This document shows, piece after piece, positions 35,812-44,787 of a stretch of DNA of 49,606 nucleotides. A program made the position numbers and the translations under genes. This DNA is from an uncultured Vicinamibacteraceae bacterium (GTDB lineage: Bacteria; Acidobacteriota; Vicinamibacteria; Vicinamibacterales; UBA8438). The stretch lies in NCBI GenBank assembly GCA_964634175.1, contig CAZWIL010000002.1, forward strand, positions 1-49,606, given 5' to 3'. The notes beneath the pieces were generated by a model, which had not been told where the DNA came from, ran no database searches, and was given only the letters and a program-made list of their open reading frames with translations. Numbering within the stretch: position 1 is the first letter of the stretch; each line of letters begins with the position of its first letter.

Positions 35812-36597
35812 GTGTCGTTAAGAATCATTCTCGTTGTTGGCCTCATCATCTCCGCGCGTAGCAACACTGAGGCACAGTCCTTGCTGGATCCGCGGTTCCT
35901 GGTAACAACGAATCTGGGTATCCAAGCACAATCAACACCTCGAACCGATATTGTCAATTTTGAATACGGGGACGAACTTGGCGAAATTAGATCCACCCAA
36001 ACCCTAGGCCCCTACGTCTCCTTCGACATTGGCGGGTCAATGCGCGTATGGAAGCAGGTCGGTGTGGGCATGTCTCTCGCTCGCACTCAGGGAACTGCCA
36101 CGGCGATGGTTGAAGCTGATGTGCCTCACCCTATGTTTTACGAGTGGCACCGAACCGCCAGAACCTCGAAAGCAGGACTGACACACCGAGAGCTCGGGTA
36201 TCACATCTATGGGCAACTATTACTGCCGATTTCTTCGTCCACACTAATTACTGTTTCCGGTGGCCCCAGTTACTTTAATGCCTCCCAAGAGGTGGTGGTC
36301 GCTGTGGAATCTATTGAGCGCAACCCACCATGGTTCGAAACCGTTCGGATTATCCCAAGTAACATCGAAAAAGTTGCCACCAGCGCGTGGGGTTACAACG
36401 CCGGTGTCGACCTGACGTATTATCGCAACACCTTGTTTGGCAATCTGGGCTTGTCTGGCCGTCGCCGAATTGGCGTCGGTGTGGATATGCGCTACAGCTG
36501 GGCCAAACCTCCGGTCGCGCTAAAGGGTCAACTGCAGGACCGCGGACTCCAAGTTGGTGTTGTTCGGGTAACCGGGGGTATACGAATCCGCTTCTAG
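35812..36597 (+). CDS. Hypothetical outer-membrane beta-barrel protein
   Basis: GTG start, signal peptide (IILVVGLIISARSNTEAQ), alternating hydrophobic strand pattern, and a C-terminal GGIRIRF. Confidence 0.55.
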   Translation: MSLRIILVVGLIISARSNTEAQSLLDPRFLVTTNLGIQAQSTPRTDIVNFEYGDELGEIRSTQTLGPYVSFDIGGSMRVWKQVGVGMSLARTQGTATAMVEADVPHPMFYEWHRTARTSKAGLTHRELGYHIYGQLLLPISSSTLITVSGGPSYFNASQEVVVAVESIERNPPWFETVRIIPSNIEKVATSAWGYNAGVDLTYYRNTLFGNLGLSGRRRIGVGVDMRYSWAKPPVALKGQLQDRGLQVGVVRVTGGIRIRF

Positions 36598-36615
36598 AAA
36601 ACTACTTCCCGATTC

Positions 36616-37533
36616 CTATAGCTCGTCTGGCGGCAAGAGTGCCATGAGTGACAAGGGATCCACGCGAGCATTATTCAATCGGACAGTCCAGTGTAAATGC
36701 GGCCCCGTGACTCGACCCGTTGCCCCTACTTTTCCAACGACTTGCCCGCGCTCGACCTGCTCGCCTTCGGCCACATCGAACGACGATAAATGGGCAAAAT
36801 ACGAATAAAGGCCCCAACCATGATCAAGGATCACGGCATTCCCAGAGAAGTAAAGGTCGTCAGCTAGAACAACGGTGCCCGCGTTCGGTGCCATGATGGG
36901 CGTACCTTCACCGGCTCTGAAATCTGTGCCACTGTGCGGACTCCTCGCTTCACCATTGAAAACGCTTCGACGACCGAAACTGCTTGTCGAATCACCAGAA
37001 ACCGGTCTCAGAAATCCACCGCTCCACTGACGCTCGTCACTGGCTGTCTGAAAGATTTCATTTTGGCGTTCTGCCTCTCGACGAATACGAGTGAGCACCT
37101 CACTCGGCGGATTCACGAAACTGGGCGCCACACTCAGGTGGCGCGTCGGAAATTCTTTCGCTTGGACAGCGAGTGGATAAACCGAGTGAACCGTGTTCCC
37201 ATCATCTAACGTCGCCTGTATTTCAACCAAGTAGTCATCCGGGCGCGCCTCAAGATCAATCCCAATAACCCCACGCCAGAAAACGTTGTCGCCGTCTGAA
37301 AAAAATCTGACATCGGCACCGAAAACAGAAGCTTGCACCCCCAAAACGGGTGCGGATGAACGGACCTGAAGGATGATGACTTCACCTGGATGAATCGACC
37401 GAGCTTGATGTGCGACATCGAGAGTGACCTCCGCACCCAAGCTCGCACTAACCATGACTATCGATATAGCCAAACTCACACACGTAGACGACGCGCTCTT
37501 TCTCACAGGCCTGCCTTTAATCCTCTCACTCAC
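36616..37533 (-). CDS. M23 family metallopeptidase
   Basis: HSGTDFRAGEGTPIMAP...LDHGWGLYSYFAHLS...GATGRVTGPHLHWTV, showing the HxxxD and HxH LytM motifs. Confidence 0.88.
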   Translation of the reverse strand: MSERIKGRPVRKSASSTCVSLAISIVMVSASLGAEVTLDVAHQARSIHPGEVIILQVRSSAPVLGVQASVFGADVRFFSDGDNVFWRGVIGIDLEARPDDYLVEIQATLDDGNTVHSVYPLAVQAKEFPTRHLSVAPSFVNPPSEVLTRIRREAERQNEIFQTASDERQWSGGFLRPVSGDSTSSFGRRSVFNGEARSPHSGTDFRAGEGTPIMAPNAGTVVLADDLYFSGNAVILDHGWGLYSYFAHLSSFDVAEGEQVERGQVVGKVGATGRVTGPHLHWTVRLNNARVDPLSLMALLPPDEL

Positions 37534-37566
37534 TCGGTTCCGTCAAGCATTCTGGCACCATAGCTG

Positions 37567-38811
37567 TTACACAGCACCGTCACCGTGCGCGGCTTCCAAT
37601 TCCTGATCGGTCATTCCAAGTACGTTCTGTAAAATGTCTCTGGTGTGCTCACCAAGAAGCGGTGCCCGTTCGACCTCAGCTGGCGAATCCGATAATTTAA
37701 TTGGATTTCCCACGGTCAGATACGACCCTCGCGTTGGATGGTCAACTTCGACAACAGTTCCACTAGCTCTCAACGATGGCTCCTCGGCCAACTCCTTCAT
37801 CGACAATACCGGACCACACGGAACATTGAGTGGATTGAGAATCTCCATTACTTCAAATTTTGTCTTGGTTTTCGTCCAGCGTTCGATCTCATTGAACATC
37901 TGGTCAAGTTTCGGAAGTCGCGCCTTCGGCGTGTTCCAGTCTGGATCAGCGAGCCAATCATGCCGCCCAATCGCCCGAGCGAGGCCGTCAAAAGCAGCAG
38001 CTTGCGTGATGATATAGATGTACGCGTTTGGGTCATCCTCCCACCCCAGACACTTAACGATCCAGCCAGGTTGTCCACCACCAGACGCGTTACCGGAACG
38101 TGGTGTAGCCTCGCCAAATTTACCATCCGGATACTGCGGATATTCCCTTAAGGGGCCGTGCGTTAAGCGCTGCTGGTCACGAAGTTTGACTCGGCAGAGA
38201 TTCAAAACCGCGTCTTGCATCGCACAAGTCACACGCTGTCCCTTCCCGGAGCGCTCGCGCTGAAAGAGAGCCGTCACGATTCCTAGTGCCAAGTGAACAC
38301 CGGTTCCCGAATCACCAATTTGCGCTCCACTTACCGTAGGAGGACCGTCGTCAAATCCAGTTGTACTGGCACCGCCTCCCGTACACTGAGCGACATTCTC
38401 GTAAACTTTGCATTCTTCATATGGGCCTGGCCCGAAACCCTTCACTGAGGCATAGATAAGACGTGGGTTGATCGTTTGGATGCGTTCCCACGAGAATCCC
38501 ATTCGGTCGAGCGCACCTGGTGCGAAATTTTCAACAAGCACATCACACGCTTGAATGAGCCTCTCAAAAATTTCCTTCCCTGTTTCATGTTTTGTATTCA
38601 ACGTCAGGCTACGTTTATTGTGATTCAACATCGTAAAGTAGAGACTATCGACATCGGGCACGTCTCGCAGTTGACCCCGGGTGGCATCACCAGTCTCCGG
38701 TCGCTCTACCTTGATGACGTCGGCCCCAAACCACGCTAGCAGCTGAGTACATGTCGGACCCGACTGAACGTGGGTCATGTCAAGAATACGCACGCCTTCC
38801 AAGGCTTTCAT
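37567..38811 (-). CDS. frc: Formyl-CoA:oxalate CoA-transferase (family III CoA-transferase)
   Basis: Collinear similarity to E. coli YfdW/Frc as I recall it: [109 protein letters not shown]. Confidence 0.85.
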   Translation of the reverse strand: MKALEGVRILDMTHVQSGPTCTQLLAWFGADVIKVERPETGDATRGQLRDVPDVDSLYFTMLNHNKRSLTLNTKHETGKEIFERLIQACDVLVENFAPGALDRMGFSWERIQTINPRLIYASVKGFGPGPYEECKVYENVAQCTGGGASTTGFDDGPPTVSGAQIGDSGTGVHLALGIVTALFQRERSGKGQRVTCAMQDAVLNLCRVKLRDQQRLTHGPLREYPQYPDGKFGEATPRSGNASGGGQPGWIVKCLGWEDDPNAYIYIITQAAAFDGLARAIGRHDWLADPDWNTPKARLPKLDQMFNEIERWTKTKTKFEVMEILNPLNVPCGPVLSMKELAEEPSLRASGTVVEVDHPTRGSYLTVGNPIKLSDSPAEVERAPLLGEHTRDILQNVLGMTDQELEAAHGDGAV

Positions 38812-38834
38812 AGCTATCTCCGTCGGTATATGAC

Positions 38835-39845
38835 TCAGTAGGTGCTTGGCGCACCCTTGACGCGTAAGTGCTCCTGCTGAAGAGTATTATTCAGAAGGCT
38901 CACGCAAGCATAAAGGGCGCGTAACGTTGGCACCTCGACTTCGGTTAACTCTGCGAGCTCAACGACCGCACCCAGCATGCCATCGATTTCTAGAGGTTTC
39001 CCAACCTCAACATCCTGCAACATCGATGTTTTGTGCTTCCCAACCGCTTCAGCACCCGCGATCCGGCGTTCTAGTGGCACACGAAACGATGCCCCCAATC
39101 GCTCGGCCACAGCCTGAGCCTCGGTCATCATTCTGGCGGCAAGTTCACGGGTTAATGGAAACTGACAAATATCAACCAATGTTGAGTGCGTCATGGCACT
39201 AATGGGATTAAATGTCAGATTCCCCCATAGCTTTAACCAAATCTCCGACCGAATGTCGTCGAGCACTCTCGACTTGAACCCGGCGCCCGTCAGTACATCT
39301 GCAACCCGCCGAACTCGGTCAGATTCACTGCCATCCAGTTCGCCTACTGGAAACCGGTTGCCCTCAATGTGTTTCACGACACCCGGTTCAACAATGGTGG
39401 CGGCAGGATACGCGATGCAACCAATGATTCGATTCGGGTCGATGTTGTTAAGCAGCACACCCTGAGGATCAACAGCCGACACCACGCGGTCTGTGTAATT
39501 GCCCTTAAGTTTCTGAAAATACCACCACGGAATACCGTTCTGCAGCGTCACCATAACGGTGGACGCGTCGAAAAGAACCGACAGATCGGACACCACAGGT
39601 TCAATCTGATGGGCCTTGAGCGCAAGAAACACGATTTCCTGAGGACCCAGATCGCGAATCCGGTCGGTCGCCACCAGGTGCTCGGCAACGAAAGTTTGAT
39701 CAGCTTCGATTAACGACAGTCCGCTTGACTGAATCGCGGCCAGATGCGGGCCACGCGCCACCACTGACACCTCATGCCCATCGTTCGCCAAACGCACGGC
39801 TAGATAACCGCCGATCGCACCCGCGCCAACCACACAGACCTTCAT
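38835..39845 (-). CDS. 2-dehydropantoate 2-reductase family (PanE/ApbA-like) oxidoreductase
   Basis: [16 protein letters not shown] Rossmann motif and a [16 protein letters not shown]-terminal domain motif. Confidence 0.75.
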   Translation of the reverse strand: MKVCVVGAGAIGGYLAVRLANDGHEVSVVARGPHLAAIQSSGLSLIEADQTFVAEHLVATDRIRDLGPQEIVFLALKAHQIEPVVSDLSVLFDASTVMVTLQNGIPWWYFQKLKGNYTDRVVSAVDPQGVLLNNIDPNRIIGCIAYPAATIVEPGVVKHIEGNRFPVGELDGSESDRVRRVADVLTGAGFKSRVLDDIRSEIWLKLWGNLTFNPISAMTHSTLVDICQFPLTRELAARMMTEAQAVAERLGASFRVPLERRIAGAEAVGKHKTSMLQDVEVGKPLEIDGMLGAVVELAELTEVEVPTLRALYACVSLLNNTLQQEHLRVKGAPSTY

Positions 39846-39864
39846 GTATGCACCGCTGTCATCA

Positions 39865-41343
39865 TCATCCGAACAGAGTCACATCAAACACCCGTGCCAA
39901 GATCACAATTAGGCTCAAACCCGAGAACACAACCAGACTCGTCCACGCGAACCATCTCGTCACGAGAGATGGATAGAACACGTCGTCGGTCTTGGAAATC
40001 ACCGTCACGCAGTAATAGAGGTTTAGAAAATAGACCACCGGTGCAACAAATAGTGCCAGTGCCGACGCGACCAGAACCAAGTACACAGGGCGCTCGAGAC
40101 CAGACAAAAGTGCCACCGACGCTACGAGGGAATACAGCATCGTGATGCGATAGATGTTGTATTCCGAATACCATCGAGTCCGACGCTCGACATCGAGGTC
40201 CTCACGTCCAATCCCGGATAAATCAGCCGTGGCGCGAAAGAGATTTCGACAACAGGCGCCCACCACTCGCGGCCATCCGTCAAAGTAGTTGAAAGCCGTT
40301 GAAAACGTCGCCGCAAATGCTCCTAATAGAAACACCAGCATCATTCCCGGTCCAACGCTCCGAGTAAACACACCAGCGATCTCTCCGATCACATTATTGC
40401 CTTCAACCGGATTCGGGTATAACCACACGGCAGAAAGCAACAAAAAGATGACAGCCATCACAAATGACACCAAGTGTCCGATGGCAAAATCCCACTCGCC
40501 AATACGGAACCACCGGCGACAGTACTCGCGAGCATGGCTAGAAAGCTTCGTGGTGTCGACCCGAAGGTCCTCGGCCGTTGAACTCAAAGGGTCAAACTGT
40601 GGCGCCAGGCCAACCTGCTCGAGATGACTCCGAATCCGTCCCATCCCGACTCGCTTGGCCTTCCCCCATTCCGAAGCCTGGAGAGAAACATCGATACCCG
40701 TCGGAAGTAGGCCCAAAAAAGCGGCAATCACGAGCCAAGACCCCTCCGGAGTTTCAATTAGAAAAAAGCGACCGAGCGCCGACACTGGCGCTGGTTCAGC
40801 AAAATACACGGCCACCGTCGACAAAAACAGCATCGCCGCCAATATCTTTGTCGCCAGCTCAAGAGCGGCATATCTCCCCACCAAAATCAAAGTGACCGAG
40901 GCGACACCAAGAACAACCCCATAGACCCCAAGTGGAACAGTGTCGAAGCCCCAATACTGGGAAAAAAAGTAATAGACCACTGCAGACGCGGCCGCAAGAC
41001 GACCTGCCTGTCCGAGGGCACACTGGAGCAGCGTAGTGATCAAGACATACCAAATAGGCCATTTTTTCGGCGCAGTCGCATAAGCATCAAGCATGCTTCG
41101 GCCCGTAGCATGCGTAAATCGGAATGCCATCTCAAACCCGGAATATTTGAAGATATAGGCCACCGGGAGACACCACAACAAAGCGTATTCAAAACGCCCG
41201 CCGGCTGCTGGCGCCGTGACCAGATGACTTGTACCGATACCGGTCATCATTAAAATTAGCCCAGGTCCGAAATTCTGCGCGATCGACCGCAGGTCTGTTT
41301 TTGGCAGGTCTAACTGGTCGAGAGGATCCTGTTTATCCTGCAT
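39865..41343 (-). CDS. Nramp-related membrane transporter (non-canonical)
   Basis: Polytopic. FGPGLILMMTGIGTSHLVTAPAAGGRFEYALLW aligns with the Nramp TM1 region, but DPGN is replaced by GIGTSH. ATG 41343 is preferred (ATGCAGGATAA overlaps the upstream stop by 11 nt) over the track start 41397. Confidence 0.65.
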   Translation of the reverse strand: MQDKQDPLDQLDLPKTDLRSIAQNFGPGLILMMTGIGTSHLVTAPAAGGRFEYALLWCLPVAYIFKYSGFEMAFRFTHATGRSMLDAYATAPKKWPIWYVLITTLLQCALGQAGRLAAASAVVYYFFSQYWGFDTVPLGVYGVVLGVASVTLILVGRYAALELATKILAAMLFLSTVAVYFAEPAPVSALGRFFLIETPEGSWLVIAAFLGLLPTGIDVSLQASEWGKAKRVGMGRIRSHLEQVGLAPQFDPLSSTAEDLRVDTTKLSSHAREYCRRWFRIGEWDFAIGHLVSFVMAVIFLLLSAVWLYPNPVEGNNVIGEIAGVFTRSVGPGMMLVFLLGAFAATFSTAFNYFDGWPRVVGACCRNLFRATADLSGIGREDLDVERRTRWYSEYNIYRITMLYSLVASVALLSGLERPVYLVLVASALALFVAPVVYFLNLYYCVTVISKTDDVFYPSLVTRWFAWTSLVVFSGLSLIVILARVFDVTLFG

Positions 41344-42139
41344 TTGGGGGGTGAGCCTGTTTGGGCATTGGAGCCTGATAAATTGTCCGGCCGACAAAGA
41401 ATGGACCCATCCCCTCGATAAATTCGGCAGTCTGACGAGTTCCTCGCATGTCCTTCACCAGCTTGGACAAAGGAAATAAATCTGGTCCAATCAAACCGAT
41501 GACAAACTCGTTGTCGTCTCGGTCAATCCCATGGCATTCAAGTCGAACATCGGCTGCATAGCCCGCTTCACCGTAGCGCCGACCAAGCATTCCATGCTCC
41601 ATCATGATCTTGCCTTGGTCCGCACGTGGTAATCGATTGTAGGCTCCAATCCTACGGAGGGGATACCACACCGCCCACCGATTGTCAGGATTCAGCACAT
41701 TACGGGGAACCTTCTGAAGTAGAAAATCGGACAGGTCAGGCTCACGGCCCTGAGCATAAGTGCGCCCAAACATTGTGAAATCTGGTAGCGGCATTAACTG
41801 ACTGAACGGCGGTGCCGTCAAGAGTGTTCGAAATGATTCCGCAAACATATCTGGATTTTCATCCATCGCAACAACACCGACGCCACGGGGGTCGTTGAGG
41901 TTTGTGTAAACTGCGGCCACCAAGCCACTCTGGCTGACCGCCTCAACCACCGGCAAGATATCAAGACACCCTGTAAACACCTGCAGTTGTACGAACAAGC
42001 GTGCATCTAGAGATTGAGTTTGTCCTTTAATCGGTGCACCGTACTCCAACAGGTCAGGGGGACCCTCAACTTTCGCACCCTCGCGACGCCCGTCACCAAC
42101 TGGTTGCGCACTGCCTGCAACATTAGCTTGTTCACCCAT
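41333..42139 (-). CDS. Chlorite dismutase (Cld/HemQ) family haem-protein homologue
   Basis: WAVWYPLRRIGAYNRLPRADQGKIMMEHGMLGRRY...DDNEFVIGLIGPDLFPLSKLVKDMRGTRQTAEFI...GPFFVGR fits the Cld-family pattern, including the proximal-His context (EH). Confidence 0.7.
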   Translation of the reverse strand: MGEQANVAGSAQPVGDGRREGAKVEGPPDLLEYGAPIKGQTQSLDARLFVQLQVFTGCLDILPVVEAVSQSGLVAAVYTNLNDPRGVGVVAMDENPDMFAESFRTLLTAPPFSQLMPLPDFTMFGRTYAQGREPDLSDFLLQKVPRNVLNPDNRWAVWYPLRRIGAYNRLPRADQGKIMMEHGMLGRRYGEAGYAADVRLECHGIDRDDNEFVIGLIGPDLFPLSKLVKDMRGTRQTAEFIEGMGPFFVGRTIYQAPMPKQAHPPNAG

Positions 42140-42283
42140 ATGGCTCCGATTCTATACCAGTGACCCGCATCGATTGAATTTGCCCCGACCAAAAGTGTTT
42201 AATCGTCTCGTAATGGAGTTCTTGAAACGCTATGTGCCCAGCGCCCGTTAAGAATCCGTCAAGGATTCATTGAGGAGTGTGTA

Positions 42284-42835
42284 ATGCCAAGACTCACTGT
42301 TAGTTGCGTTTTTCTTCTCGTATCGCTCACGCCGATGTTATCAGTTGCGCAAATTACGTCCGCGACGCACGTGACAGAAGATGAGTATCTAGCTGTCAAG
42401 AATGCACCTGAAGGGCTCGTTGACCGGCAAGTGAAGGTGGTCGACATTGGTCAAAGTAATGTTGCCGTTGGGATATTGCACAGAGACAAGCTTTCAAAGA
42501 TCGACGGGGCCGTCGGGGGAATCGTGCATTCTCTCGTTACGGAGGTCTATTACATTTACTCTGGGGCTGGAACACTAGTGACAGGCGGACAAATGAGTGG
42601 CCGTCGAGACATCCCTGCTGACAGTGAGATTGTTACGACTCTAGTGGGTGAGAGTTTTCGTGCTACATCAATTGGTGGCGAGACTCGCTACGTCTCGGAG
42701 GGAGACATTGTCGTTATACCAGGAGGAGTTTTTCATGGTTGGGCTGAGATTGAGGACCACGTCACATATCTGAGTATTCGACCGGACCCGGACAAAGTGT
42801 TACCCGCCGGTTGGGTGAATCCAGTTATCGAATAG
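42284..42835 (+). CDS. Secreted cupin domain protein
   Basis: Signal peptide. GIVHSLVTEVYYIYSGAG...GDIVVIPGGVFHGW cupin motifs. GAGGAG SD. Confidence 0.7.
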   Translation: MPRLTVSCVFLLVSLTPMLSVAQITSATHVTEDEYLAVKNAPEGLVDRQVKVVDIGQSNVAVGILHRDKLSKIDGAVGGIVHSLVTEVYYIYSGAGTLVTGGQMSGRRDIPADSEIVTTLVGESFRATSIGGETRYVSEGDIVVIPGGVFHGWAEIEDHVTYLSIRPDPDKVLPAGWVNPVIE

Positions 42836-42990
42836 TCGCACTGTTGAGGAACGAGTTCTACCAGCTTGTGTCAAAACTCCGCACATCAAGAAACTCATCC
42901 GTTCTCACCAGCGCTAGCGTCAGGCCTCAACACACCGGTAATACCAAAGTTTATTGGGTCAGCTAACTGCTCGGTCGAGACCACTCACCA

Positions 42991-44010
42991 CTAAGAGACC
43001 GACTGGCGCTGGAATACCCCAGTCAACGTACTCGCGACAGCCTCGAGTGTGCGCGTAGTCGCTGGGTCTGGGACAAGTTGTTCTCGTGACAGAAATTCAA
43101 GCACCGCCACAGTCTCGTTACCTGCCTTAACTGGGATCGCACAGATCCCCCGAATGCCCGTCATCGCTGACCGAACCTCAGCATCAACAGATGGATCAAC
43201 AGCCACATTAGGAATCCACGACAGACGTCCTGTGTGCAGGACACGTCCGACAAGCGCATCCCCTTTCTTTATTTGGCGGCGCGCGACTATTTCCTGCAGG
43301 TTATCAAACATCTCCTGACTTCCGGACTCAGCAAACCATGCCGGGATTGGATCAAGCACAACATCATCACTGTTCCGAACTGCGCGGTAGGCATAACCCA
43401 CTGGCCACTCTGCCCAGACACAGACGCACTCAACCAATTCAGCTACAGCCAAGTCTGGATTGGCTTGATGGCTACCAATGCGAATTGCATCCACGAGCAA
43501 CGTTAATTCCGCCGCCTGTCTTTCAATGTGATCGGTGCGATCTGACAGCCTTGTTTCGGTCTCACCCCGCTGACTGATATCGGTGTACAAAAGAAGTACC
43601 TCCCCCGAATCCGTCGGACGATGGTCAATCTCAATCCACCGCCCGTCTGGCGTCCGGCGCACTTCGTGGCTTGGGTCACCAAACCCAGTTAACCGGTCCT
43701 GCACCCACGTTTCTACGTTGTCTTCAGCCAACTGAATCAGCCCACGAGTCGCCGTAAACCGCGTCAAATCTTCGTAAACCAACCCTGACTTCAATTCAAT
43801 CGTTTGATAAAACTCTCGAAACCGTTTATTGCAGGCGATCAGTCGACCTTGCTGATTCCACACCGCAAGGCCAGCATCTGACATTTCAAGTACGCCGGCC
43901 AGCCGCGACTCCACCTGGCTAAACCTTTCTCGCGCGCTGTGTAGTCGCCGCGCAACGATTACTAACACCAAGGTTAATAACACCAGAAGCACGACCCATA
44001 CCCAAGTCAT
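42991..44010 (-). CDS. Membrane-anchored PAS-GAF sensor protein without a recognisable output domain
   Basis: One N-terminal TM helix. PAS-like segment (LEMSDAGLAVWNQQGRLIACNKRFREFYQ...PDGRWIEIDHRPT). C-terminal GAF-like segment (GDALVGRVLHTGRLSWIPNV...ICAIPVKAGNETVAVLEFLS). No HisKA, HATPase, GGDEF, EAL or HTH seen. Confidence 0.6.
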   Translation of the reverse strand: MTWVWVVLLVLLTLVLVIVARRLHSARERFSQVESRLAGVLEMSDAGLAVWNQQGRLIACNKRFREFYQTIELKSGLVYEDLTRFTATRGLIQLAEDNVETWVQDRLTGFGDPSHEVRRTPDGRWIEIDHRPTDSGEVLLLYTDISQRGETETRLSDRTDHIERQAAELTLLVDAIRIGSHQANPDLAVAELVECVCVWAEWPVGYAYRAVRNSDDVVLDPIPAWFAESGSQEMFDNLQEIVARRQIKKGDALVGRVLHTGRLSWIPNVAVDPSVDAEVRSAMTGIRGICAIPVKAGNETVAVLEFLSREQLVPDPATTRTLEAVASTLTGVFQRQSVS

Positions 44011-44098
44011 CGTGACGTCATCCTAACAGCTTGAGTCCCCTTGACAACAAAGACCTGTGGCCATAGTGTGTCAGTGACTGTAAAGGCCAATCTCATTT

Positions 44099-44491
44099 AT
44101 GCTTAGTCCTTGGCGTTTCGTCGTCTTGACTCTCGCGGTCCTGGTGGTAGCCAACGTCCCAGTTGGTGCGCAGGTTGCTGAAGATGAAGTGGCATTCGAT
44201 CCTGCCACACTTGGAGTCTCGTTAGAAAGAATCCAAACTAAACTGGAACGTCTCCCTTCAAGGGACGAAGCAAGCAGTTTACTGCGGCTTGATTTTTACG
44301 TTGAAGTCTACGCTGAGGCTCCAAAAATCGACTATTTCCAAGGTTTTGACCTAGACAATGCGCCGATTGCTCACGGGGTGCCGACGCACAGCCAAATGAT
44401 GGCGGTCATGAGTCCCGGACGCCTTGCGCCAATACTGGGCCCCGCGATGGACCTGGGCGCCGGCGTAGATTGGCTACTAAACGGCCGCTAG
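44099..44491 (+). CDS. Hypothetical secreted protein
   Basis: 130 aa with a signal peptide (VVLTLAVLVVANVPVGAQ). No motif recognised. Confidence 0.5.
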   Translation: MLSPWRFVVLTLAVLVVANVPVGAQVAEDEVAFDPATLGVSLERIQTKLERLPSRDEASSLLRLDFYVEVYAEAPKIDYFQGFDLDNAPIAHGVPTHSQMMAVMSPGRLAPILGPAMDLGAGVDWLLNGR

Positions 44492-44509
44492 TAATTAATT
44501 GCGGCCGTT
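44480..44509. terminator. Hairpin between convergent genes (9-bp perfect stem, 12-nt loop)
   Basis: AACGGCCGC (44480..44488) pairs with GCGGCCGTT (44501..44509). The stop codon TAG of the + strand gene lies in the loop. There is no U-tract on either side, so the terminator function is tentative. Confidence 0.35.
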
Positions 44510-44525
44510 ACGTAAGTCCGCTGCT

Positions 44526-44786
44526 CTAGCTTTCGTTTTGAAGCAGCACCCAGCGGTCAACGGGCACCGACACGAGCAGGTACTTCTTCCGAAGTCCGAT
44601 AACGTGACTTGCATAATCAATTCTTTTGATCTCGCCTCGCACGTACCGTTTCCGTAATCGCCGCAACTCAAAACGGTACAAATCGCTCACAAACTCTTGC
44701 AACAATTCTGGCGACGTAGTCGTCTTGGGACGAACACCGTGTCGCTCGAGTTGGTCAAGCACCTGCTGCCGATACTGAAATCTCAC
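44526..44786 (-). CDS. Hypothetical small basic protein
   Basis: 86 aa. GTG start 1 nt after the aldolase stop (TAGTGTG). Arg/Lys-rich (RFELRRLRKRYVRGEIKR). No motif recognised. Confidence 0.45.
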   Translation of the reverse strand: MRFQYRQQVLDQLERHGVRPKTTTSPELLQEFVSDLYRFELRRLRKRYVRGEIKRIDYASHVIGLRKKYLLVSVPVDRWVLLQNES

Positions 44787-44787
44787 A

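Noticed and set aside
42252-42268. Inverted repeat GAATCC-n5-GGATTC upstream of the cupin gene
   Set aside because: The arms are only 6 bp, there is no second copy, and no adjacent regulator gene exists. It is too short to call an operator.
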